Origin: Sarea resinae
Taxonomy: Eukaryota
Assembly: GCA_026026165.1 (NCBI GenBank)
Contig: JAPEUD010000064.1
Coordinates: 62,001 to 126,000 of the forward strand
Direction of reading: 5' to 3'
DNA: 64,000 nucleotides
This document shows, piece by piece, positions 52,342-63,242 of the stretch. A model generated the notes under the pieces. It was not told the DNA's origin. It searched no databases and was given only the letters and a program-made list of their open reading frames with translations. The stretch's first letter is position 1. Every line of letters begins with the position of its first letter. The position numbers and the translations under genes were made by a program.

Positions 52342-55300
52342 ATGGCGCCCTCATCGTTTCATCATCCCTCACAAGGGACGACCATTCTTCTGTTCGGACC
52401 GCACTTCCTCTCCTTCAATCAAGAATCTTTCAATCAATTGAGATCGTTGCTACTACACACGCCAGACAATCGATGGATACTGGAGACCATTGCAGGGCTC
52501 CCGGCCTACTGGGATACTGTCTCCAAGGCTTTTCCTCGACTCCAGACGGTTCCCGGAGCGAAGCTGCTAGAGGACCTCAATGACTGGCTCGTGACGGGCA
52601 GATTTACAGACGCCTCCTTTCCTCTCCCGAATATCCTTCTAACTCCTCTTGTCATCTGTACACAACTGTCACAATACTCGAGATACCTTGAGCACGTTCG
52701 ACCAGGTTCGGAGGATGAACGTGACCTGTATACTAATTTCTCCAAACGGAATGCCGAGACCGTTGGATTTTGCATCGGTCTCTTGAGTGCGCTCGTGGTC
52801 TCCAGTTCGGCCAGTCAGACACAATTCCAGCAATATGGTGCAAATGCAGTGCGTTTGGCGATGCTTATCGGGGCGTTGGTCGATGCTCAGGAAGTTTCAA
52901 CGGACCTTTATGGCGAATCCAAGTGCTTTTCGGCAGCCTGGAATTCTCCCGAATCTGAAGCTGAGATGACTAGGATAATAGACTTCTTCCCAGAGGTAAT
53001 CATACCTGCTGCGAGAGGATTGCTTTTCCGGTACCTTGAAGCTGACCTGGCTGACCCCATAGGCCTACGTTTCTGTTTTATATGACGAGAAACGTGCTAC
53101 CGTGACGACTTCCAAGAGCACGGCTCCATCATTGCTGCAAAAACTCAAAGCAGCCGGTATCACTGTGGCAGACGTCGCTCTTCGCGGACGCTTTCACTGC
53201 CAATGCTACCGAGATGATTTGCAGCCGCTTATCGACTTCTGCGACTCACATGCCGCTTTCCAATTACCTGATGCCTCAAATCTAGCGCTACCAACCCGAT
53301 CAAATTCTGGGGGCGATTACATCGAACACGGGAGGCTTCATCATGTTGCTCTGCGATCAATACTGGTAGAGCAGTCAAGTTGGTTTCGGACTTTCGCAAA
53401 GGTACAGGCTTCGCGATTGACCGACCCCGAATCTTCCGTCGTCTCTTTCGGACTTGATCGATGCGTTCCGCCCACACTCATGCGCAAACTTGGCCCACGA
53501 GTAGTTCATGTTGCCGACAGCGAGATTGTCACACATCGACTACCTGCGGGTGTCTACGGCCCCAAGAATAGCCTGAAAGACCAGCAACATCTGTCCGATA
53601 ATGACATTGCTGTTGTTGGTATGTCATGCAAAGTTCCCGGTGCGGATGATCTTGAAGAATTTTGGAAGCTGCTGTGCGAAGGCAAGTCGCAGCATGTTGA
53701 AGTCCCAGACGACCGCTTTGGCTTCGAGACAACCTGGCGTGATGCCGACCCGAAGAGGAAGTGGTATGGAAACTTTATACGAGACCACGATGCCTTTGAC
53801 CACAAATTCTTCAAGAAGAGCCCGAGAGAACTGGCTTCCATGGACCCGCAGCAGAGACTGATGTTGCAAACTGCATACCAAGCCGTCCAGCAATCCGGAT
53901 ACTTCAATTCGCCCAATCATGACAAGCACATCGGATGCTACATCGGCGTTAGCAATGTTGACTACGAGGGCAACATTGCATGCTATCCTGCCAACGCTTT
54001 TTCGGCTACAGGAACATTGAAGAGCTTCGTTGCCGGAAAAGTCAGTCATTACTTTGGATGGACTGGCCCTGGCCTCACCATCGATACGGCTTGCTCCGCC
54101 TCCGCTGTGGCTGTCCACCAAGCATGTAAGGCTATCCTTGGTGGTGACTGCACGGCCGCCCTTGCTGGTGGTGTCAATATCATGACAAGCCCTCTATGGT
54201 TCCAGAATCTGGCAGGAGCATCATTTCTGAGCCCTACTGGGCCCTGCAAACCGTTTGACGTCAAGGCAGACGGCTATTGCAGAGGTGAAGGTAGCGGAGC
54301 GGTTTTTCTAAAGAAGTTGTCTACAGCTATCGAAGATGGCGATCAGATTTTTGGCGTCATTGCAAGTACTGCCGTTTACCAGAATCAAAACTGCACGCCC
54401 ATCACCGTTCCCAACGCAGACTCTCTATCTGATCTCTTCCGATATATCACCCGTCAAGCCCATCTCGAACCCAAGCAAATTTCAGTCGTCGAAGCTCACG
54501 GAACCGGCACTCCTGTAGGTGACCCCGCCGAGTACGAAAGTCTTCGCCGAGTGTTTGGCGGACCAATCCGCTCGAAAAGTCTGTCACTGGGATCTGTCAA
54601 GGGCCTCGTTGGCCACACAGAATGTGCTTCCGGAATCGTCGCGCTGATAAAGATGCTGCTCATGGTCCAAGTGGGCGCCATACCCCCCCAAGCGAGCTTC
54701 GATACAATGAACCCTGCTATAAAAGCTTTGCCATCAGACAATATGGAAGTCGTGACACGCCTGAAGCCATGGGATGCTGATTTCCGAGCTGCCGTTATCA
54801 ACAACTATGGTGCATCCGGCTCGAATGCCTCTATGGTGGTCACCCAATCCCCAAGACGGAACCCTAATGCTACGCAGATCTCTTCAATCCACTCTTCTGG
54901 GAGGAAGCACCCTTTCTGGCTTTGCGCACTTGACGATCAAAGTCTTCGAGTCTATTCTGCAAGATTCCGCCAGTTCCTGAAATCCAACCTCGTGTCTGCC
55001 CAAGATCTTTCCATCGCCAACCTCGCGTTCGGCGTGTCTCGTCAGTGCAATCAATCGCTTGGCCAGGCCTTGATATTTAGCTGCAGCTCAGTGGATGAAT
55101 TGGAAGAGAAGCTGATGGCGTTCGAGGACGGCATAAAGAATGTGTCATCAATTACGCGCCCATCTCCCAGACTCGTCATACTCTGTTTTGGAGGGCAGAT
55201 ATCCAAATTCATCGGTCTGGACCGACAGGTTTACGACAGCGTCAAGATTCTCCGAAGCTATTTGGACGAGTGCAATCGTGTTTTCCAGTCAATAGGACTT

Positions 55301-58300
55301 GACAGCATCTATCCAGATATCTTTGAAAGAACGCCAGTCGAAGACACCGTCAAGCTTCAGACGATGCTCTTTGCGATTCAATACTCTTGCGCAAAGTGTT
55401 GGATCGACTGTGGTATTCAAGTTGCAGCTCTTGTTGGCCATAGTTTTGGCGAACTGACGGCTCTCTGCATTTCTAATGTCTTGTCCCTCGATGACGCCGT
55501 GAGGATGATTGCAGGACGGGCACGTCTGATCAGAGACTCCTGGGGTACCGACAATGGATCCATGATGGCCGTTGAAGCTGACCTTGGTGACGTGGAAAAG
55601 TTGTTAACTGCGTCCAGCAAATCCTGCCGAGGTGAACGGCCAGCGACAATTGCTTGCTACAATGGCCCTAGAAGCTTCACGCTTGCTGGCTCAACCAAGT
55701 CTATCGAAGCTGTCTCGGAAACAGCATCTCAAAATCCCTCCTTTTCGTCGTGCATCAAGATGAAAAAGCTCAGCGTTACCAATGCATTCCATTCCACTCT
55801 TGTCGAGCCTCTTATGGATGATCTAGAGCAAGTTGCGCAGGGATTGACGTTCAGAGAGCCAACCATCCCGGTCGAACGGGCTACGGAATCAGAGTCGGTG
55901 AAAAGCCTATCTTCTAGGTTTGTGGCTGATCACATGAGAAACCCCGTGTTCTTCAATCACGCAGTACAGAGGCTCGCAAAGAAATATCCTTCTTGCATTT
56001 GGCTTGAAGCTGGCTCTAATTCGACCATCACCACAATGGCTGGTCGAGCTCTAGGGACGTCTAGCACATCTCACTTCCAACCCATCAACATTACTAGTGA
56101 CAACAGCATGCAACAACTTGCGGACGCGACCGCGAACCTATGGAAACAAGGGTTAAGCGTATCATTCTGGCCCCATCACTTGTCACAGACATCTGAATAT
56201 ACTCCTCTTCTGCTGCCACCTTATCAATTTGAGAAAGCCAGACATTGGATGGATCTCAAGAAACCACAAAAACTTGTTGATTCGGCAGTTCCACTACAGT
56301 CTGGAGAGGAACGGGCGAAAAGCCTCTGGAATTTTGTTGGATACCAGGACGATCAAAAACGTTCTGCTCGATTTCAGATTAACACAACAATCAAGAAATT
56401 TGAAGATTTCGTTTCTGGCCACACGGTTGCCCATGCAGCCCCACTTTGCCCTAGCACGCTCCAGCTTGATATTGTGATCGAAGCTCTCATGAGTCTTCGT
56501 CCTGAATTTGCAGACTCTAAGCTTCAACCGCAGCTTCAAGGTCTCGACAACCACTCTCCGGTATGCATCGACTCGTCACGTCTTGTTTGGCTGGACGTTG
56601 AAGCAAGCGACGCCGAATGCCATGTTTGGGGGTGGAAGATGGTCAGCAACGCTCAAAGTGGTTCGGCTACAACTCTACACGTGTCCGGTCAGATAATATT
56701 CCGGTCTACGGAAGACGTCCAATTCCAGAATGATTTTGCAAGATATGAGCGCCTTGTTACACACCAACGCTGCCTGCGTCTCCTTAATAGCAACGATGTC
56801 GACGATGCCATCCAAGGCCGCAACGTTTATAAAGCATTCGCAGACGTTGTTGACTATGGGGAGATGTACCGGGGTGTTCGAAAAGTTGTTGGCAAAGACA
56901 TGGAGTCAGCCGGACGCGTTGTGAAGAGATATTCTGGAAAGACTTGGCTCGACACCCCCCTCTGCGACTCTTTTTGTCAAGTGGCTGGAGTCTTTGTGAA
57001 CTGCATGACCGACAGGCTGGACAAGGATGTTTGCATCTCAAACAGGATCGAGCAGTTAATCCGCTCACCCAAGGCTAGTGTAGCCGACTCTCCACCGGAA
57101 GATTGGGACGTCTTCGCCATCCACCAACGTCCATCGGACAAGATTTTTGTCAGCGATGTTTTCGTCTTTGATCCACGCAATGGAGAATTACTGGGAGTCA
57201 TCCTCGGGATCCAATACCAGCGGGTCTCCAAAGCTGCTTTGGGCAAAGTGTTGTCTCGACTCACTCCTGGTGCAAAAAAACCTGACCCTAGCACCAATTC
57301 AACTCCCGCAAGAGCAGAAGAACCAAACACCAACGGTCATCCGCTTGAGAATGGCGTAAACGCAGCACCATCACCGGTGGCGAAGCAGCAATCCTCGAAA
57401 CCGAACATTACTGGCAAAGTCAGAGATCTATTGGCCAATATCTCAGGTGTTGAGCCACACGATATCAAAGACAATACCGGTCTCGTTGACATTGGAATCG
57501 ACTCTCTAATGGGCATGGAGTTGGCGCGCGAGATTGAGACCGTGTTCGAATGCACTTTAGACACCTCGGAACTGATGCTCCTGACGGACTTCATGAGCCT
57601 CATCAAATGCATTAAATCGGCTTTGGGAACTACAGATGACGATGCAATTCCTGAAGAGAAACCAATCACTAATGGGCTTGGACCAAACGGCCAGACTGAC
57701 CATGTAGCTTCGGCACCACCTGAAACTATGGATGAAAACCCACACGTGAACGGGTTCGCTCGGGATGCTACAACGGATGGCTTCAATAATCCCGCGGCTA
57801 CGGCTCACACAAATGGTGACTCGAAGGAGAGCCACAGGGCAGACGAAGATGCTCGTCAAGCAGCAGTTGATCAGTACATACAGAAATATACGCAAGGATT
57901 TTCTGTGCCTGTCCGGTCAGACGACAACAGCTCGCTGAGACCTTCCGGTCAAATTGTGCTTCTGACCGGGGCGACCGGTAGCTTGGGCTCTCATCTCGTC
58001 GCCCATTTTGCTGAACTTCCAACCGTGACGAAAGTCGTCTGTCTGAATCGATCTAGTAGCGCAGAGCCGGCGCTTCGTCAACGACAAGCCATGGAGTCTC
58101 GAGGGATCTACCTCGACAAGAAAGCTATATCGAAACTCAAAGTGCTCGAAGCCGACACTTCTAAGCCAATGCTGGGCTTGTCAAGCAGCGAGTACGACGA
58201 TCTCGCCAACACCGTCACGCATATTGTCCACAACGCGTGGCCGATGAGCGTCAAGCGGCCGTTGAAAGGCTTTGAACCTCAATTCCAAGTCATGCAGAAT

Positions 58301-59149
58301 CTGATCAACCTTGCGCGTGATGCATCCTGCCGACTGCCGCAGGGATTGAAGACTGGGTTCCAATTCATCTCGTCCATTGCGACTGTCGGGCTTTACCCGC
58401 TGTGGAGCGGCGAAGCCTGTGTGCCAGAGAAAAAGATGGACGTGAACTCTGTGCTGCCATCTGGCTACGGCGAAGCAAAAATCGTCTGCGAGAGGATGGT
58501 CGACGAAATGTTGGGCCAACATCCGGACTATTTTCGGCCTATGACTGCGCGTATCGGACAGATTGCAGGCTCCAAGAGCAGCGGATATTGGAACCCGGTG
58601 GAGCATCTGTCTTTTTTGATCAAGTCGTCGCAGACCTTGAACGCTCTTCCGGCCTTTGTAGGGGTATGTGGTTGCTTTGTTCTTCTTTCCCAACGAGCTC
58701 GTGTTCCGTGGCTAATCGTTGCTTGCGTCATCTAGGATTTGTCCTGGTATCCGGTCAACGACGTTGCCGCGACCCTCGCCGACTTGCTTCTCTCCGACAC
58801 GACGCCATACTCGACCTACCACGTCGAGAATCCGGCACGGCAGCCGTGGAGCGAGATGGTCTCGGTGCTCGCGGACGCTCTCAAGATTTCACGCGCGAAC
58901 ATCATCCCCTTTGACGACTGGCTCGGCCGCGTGGACGAATACCCGGGCTCGGCCGAGGAGAACCCGGCGGCCAAGGTCATGGAGTTTCTGGACGACCATT
59001 TCCTCCGCATGGCGTGCGGCGGCTTGGTCATGGACACGGCGCATAGTCGGGCGCATTCTGAGACGATGGCCTCGGCGACGCCCGTCTCGGCCGAGCTGGT
59101 CGAGAAGTATGTTTGCTACTGGAAGGACACGGGATTCTTGCGCCGGTGA
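52342..59149 (+). CDS. Non-reducing iterative type I PKS, SAT-KS-AT-PT-ACP-R (no C-MeT), ~2222 aa; introns 52996-53062 and 58664-58735
   Basis: SAT GFCIG; KS DTACSAS, EAHGTGT, KGLVGHTE; AT GHSFGE, NAFHS; PT GHTVAHAAPLCP; ACP GIDSLM; R domain LLTGATGSLG, HNAW, SSI, GYGEAK. Confidence 0.96.
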
Positions 59150-59379
59150 GCGTGCGGGCGGGCAGTCAGGCAGGCAGTCAGGCAGTGTATAAGCCCCGTG
59201 CATGCATTCGCCGGCCTCTTCTTTGGGGGATTGCACTCGTTTTTGTAAAGGAATCTAGGTTGAGATGTCGATGATGCGCACGAAGTTTTAGATGGATGGA
59301 TGGATAGAGCGAGAGATAAATAGATACAGCGTCATTCTTTTTTTTTCGCTTCGCCTTTGTCTGCGCCTAGATGAGAGAT

Positions 59380-60100
59380 AGAGAATTCTGAATATCTAGA
59401 TTGAACGATCACGTCTGCTCGTCCGTTCTCTCTCGTATCTCCCTATCCTCTATCTATCTATCTACCTAACCCTCTACCTGTGTCCTAGGAATCCCATGAG
59501 TCAATCCTAACCCCAATCCTACCGATCTTGTTTTCCCAGGGAAGAGAGCTCCTACTAGAGCAGTTTATTTTGTTTACAGTCTCTAGTTGACACATGGAGA
59601 GAATGAGGCATTGACACAGTTAGGCTATTCGACTTAGTAGGTACCTACCGAAGTTGGATATTTTAGGGGTTTCAGAGCTAGGTAGGTAGAACTAGCTAGG
59701 ATTTAGGGATTCTCAGGTCGAGAGATAGAAGGGAGAAAGTTGAAAGAGAAGAAGAGAGAACAGAAAATCCAATATTTTTCGGTTTTGACGAATATCTCTT
59801 CAGATCAATTAAAAGGGGTTTTATTTAGTTTCTATCTTAGTCGACTTTTATTTGCCGTCGAGCTTATTCATTTTCTTTCCTTTCTAGATTCTCTGGCTGG
59901 TTCTCTGTGCTTCCTTATTCTCCTCGTCCTCTATGTGTCACCACTGTCGTTGATAACAGATAGAAATCAAGGATGAAAGAAACAAGAAAGAAAGAAAGAA
60001 AGATGATAGTGTTAACTTGGTTTCAGCAGAACTATATTAAGCTAAGTATGCTAAGCTAAGCTAGGGCTACGCTAGTACGGGCTATAAGAACGAGACGTTC
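59380..60100. other. AT/TpA-rich island between PKS and NmrA-like gene (possible RIP-mutated repeat relic)
   Basis: Abundant CTAG/TAG/TA and low GC relative to the GC-rich flanking exons; no credible ORF. Confidence 0.4.
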
Positions 60101-60251
60101 TGTACGTCTTTGCTGTTGAGGTAATTTCTGAGAAGAGAAAGAAGAAGCAAGACCGTGGTGTCTCAGCAGATGGCCTGTCGGATAGACCTAGCACCGATCC
60201 ACGACCCCACACGGACCCCCTCTCTACTATTACTGCCACACGACCCCGTTT

Positions 60252-61254
60252 CTACTCCTTCTGCCACACAGCCTTGTTCTCCTCGGCAAACGTATCGAAG
60301 CTCTTGGGCGGCCGGCCCGTGACCTGCTCGACCACGTTGTTCGTGCGCGTCTCGAAGCCGCCGGCGGTCGCGACCTCGAGATTGGTGAAGAAGCGCGCAA
60401 AGTGCTCTGGCAGCCCGGCGGCGATCAGCCCGTCGTACCGCTCCTGCTCGCTCAGCTTGACGTTGGCGATCTTGCGCCCGAGAGCGTGGCTCAGTTTCGC
60501 GGCGAGCTGTTTTCTCTGCTGTTAGTCTTTTCGCGGTCTGTATTACGTCTACTCTCATCAGGATTGAAGAAGAAAAAAAAAAGACGTACATCATCGTGGG
60601 TCAAGAGCTCCGGCCCCAGGATTCGGTAGTCGGTGTTGTGCGGTTTCTTGTCGGTCAGGGTGCGGAACGCCACGGCGGCGATGTCGGAGGCGCTGACGAA
60701 CGGGATCTGGCCCTCGCCACAGGCCGTGATGATCTTGTCCTGGTCCCTGACGATGAAGCGGGCCGCCTCCTCGGTGTAGTTTTCTTTGAGCGTGGGTCAG
60801 CCATCGGATCTCTTGTGATATGATACTACTCACCCATGAACCAGGTCGGACGGAGCACGGCATAGTCGACGCCTGTGTCGAGGAAGTGCTTCCAGACGTT
60901 GCCGACGCCCTTCTTGCCGGGCTCGGCGGAGCTGCCGGCCACCAGCACGAAGCGCTTGATGCCATGGTGCTTGATGGCGTAGTCGACAAAGGCATTCATC
61001 GACGTCTCGGGCTCGTCGACGACCGGGTTCATCATGTAGACGGCCGAGATGGACTCGCCGCCAGGGAAGCGGTGCTCGAACGGCTTCGAGTACGTCGAGG
61101 CGTCCAGCCAGTCGAACTTGACCGCTGGCATGCCGGCCGGAGCGGCGTCGGGTCCGCGGCGCGAGGCCAGCAGGAAGGGTAACTTGGCTTCTTGCATCAG
61201 ACGGGCCACGCGCACCGAGGTCTTGCCGGTGCCGCCGGTGAGGAGGGTCGCCAT
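60252..61254 (-). CDS. NmrA-like NAD(P)H reductase of the EasG/FgaFS (agroclavine/festuclavine synthase) type; introns 60784-60833 and 60507-60589
   Basis: LLTGGTGKTS, FLLASRRG, FDWLD, VLRPTWFM|ENY, ITACGEGQIPFVSASDIAAVAF, GPELLTHDD|LAAKLS..LGRKI, VEQVTGRPPKSFDTFAEENKAVW. Confidence 0.88.
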
Positions 61255-62325
61255 GATTGATTGTGTAGGTTTGCCGGATATCTCGAATTGGTACGAAGGT
61301 GAAGATGTTGGAAGCGTGAGTGAGTAAGTGATTCGGTGAGTGCGTGGATGAGTGAGTGAGGTTTCGACCGTCGCGGGGTCAAGAGGAAGCACGTCGCTTA
61401 TGTATTCGACTCAGAATGTGTCGATGATACCCATTCACTGTGGATTTGATTGTTGAGTGTTCTCGTCACCACTCACTACGTCACTGAGGACCGATAAAGC
61501 CGAGTGGTCTGCTTCCGTTCAGGGTCAGGCCGCAATGAGGTTGCAGGTGAATGAGGTCGTGGCGGGGAGAGATCGACTGTTTACGGACACTACAAAGACA
61601 CTACCGTTGCTTCCCTGCCTGGCGTAACTTGTACGGGTTACCTGGACCCTAAGTCTAAACGACGGAGGGGGGGAAGGGGGGGGGGATCTGCCACCAGATC
61701 TGCGAGCTACCATCAGGTAGTGGGCATCAGTACATAGTACTACGTAGTAGGAGTGCTAGGAGTACTAGGAGTACTAGGAGTACGAAGTACATAAGGTAGG
61801 TTTGTTGGTTGTTTTCCCCTGGTGTGACCCGCCCGGATCCTCGGCCATGGCCGACCGCCGAAATCCAGGTATGTATCCCCGTCGGACTTAGGACCGCCTG
61901 AGAGCGAGATCTATCTGCGAGAGCTGCCCCCCGTCGCTAGGGCTGACCCCGAGCACAAGAAGGGTTTAGTCGCCCTGCATCCTATGAGTACCTAGTTTGC
62001 CCTGCTTACCCTCTAACCGACCGAGTTAAAAGGCACACAAAGGGACACACAACAGACAAAGAGCACCGCTGCACCGCTGCACCGCTGCACGACTCGTTAC
62101 TCGGGCGCCGACAGGCGAAGGCATCGCTGCATCGCGAGCCGAGCCAGCAACAATGCGCCTGAGGTGACGTGCGTCGACTCGACCATCTCGAGCATCACCG
62201 CCGTCGAGCCTCCGCCGTTGCATTCATGCACGGGCTTGTTGATAAGATGGCGAGCGTCCATCGTGTTTCTTTGTCCTTTCATCTAGATGTAATTGAATCT
62301 CTCAGCCTCGAAGACCATACCCATC

Positions 62326-63242
62326 ATGATCGTGACCCCCCGCTTCCATCTCTTTGAGATCGCCGACCAGTCATGGTGTCCCGAGTGGCTGCGCGAGTAC
62401 TCCCATCTGGCCCGCATGCAGATGTGGAGGACGCAAGCGCCCGGCACCAAGGGCTCCCCCGCGACCCAGGTCTGCGATCTCCTTCTCGAGAACCTCCCCG
62501 ACGCCTCGTCGTTCACCTTTATTGATTCCTGCGCCGGCGGAGGCGGCCCAACCCCCATCATGGAGGCGACCTTGAACCAAAAACTGCGTTCCCGGGGCCG
62601 TGGGCCGGTGCGATTCGTCTTGACCGACCTCTGGCCGTCCATTCAGCTGTGGGAAGCCATGACGAAGCGCAGCGAGAACATCTCCTACATCTCAACGCCT
62701 GTCGATGCCACCAAAGCCATGAGGCTCGCGGAGCCTGGCAAGAAAGAGTGCCGCATCTTCAATCTGTGTTTTCACCACTTTGACGACCCGGAAGCCGCTA
62801 CGGTCCTGCGCAGCGCCGTGGAATCGGCCGATGCCTTTGTGTATGTATCAATCTGCCTTCTCTGGATGGATATCTCTAATACGAGCACGACAGCATCTTC
62901 GAGATGACCAATCGAAATCTCTTCGCTTTCCTGAACACCACCTTCATTGTGATATCGCCTTTCCTGACCACCCTGCTCTGGTTTCGGCACTCTCTGCTCC
63001 ATCTCATCTTCACCTACCTCATCCCGCTCGTCCCGCTGTTCTTTGCCTTTGACGGCTATGTCTCATGCATTCGAGGTCGCACGTCTGACGAGCTGACCGA
63101 CCTCTTGCGTAATCAGCCTGATCTCGACCTGACTCAGTGGCAATTCAAGAGTGGCGATACCATGGTTCTGCCACCCTTTGGAGTCATGTATTGGTACATT
63201 GGCGTCAAGCAAAAGAAGTCGGGTGAGGCCACTCGAGGCTAG
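62326..63242 (+). CDS. Class I SAM-dependent methyltransferase-like protein with hydrophobic C-terminal region; intron 62841-62893
   Basis: RFHLFEIADQSWCP, FIDSCAGGGGP (motif I-like), FVLTDLWP, VDAT, FHHFDD, IFE, TYLIPLVPLFFAFDGYVSCIR. Confidence 0.75.

Noticed and set aside
42414..59149. Citrinin or Monascus-type azaphilone cluster
   Set aside because: The PKS lacks a C-MeT domain, and no CitB-type dioxygenase, FMO, acyltransferase or FAS genes are visible.
60252..61254. Ergot alkaloid cluster
   Set aside because: Only an EasG-like gene is present; no DMATS, EasF, EasE, EasC or EasA in the window.
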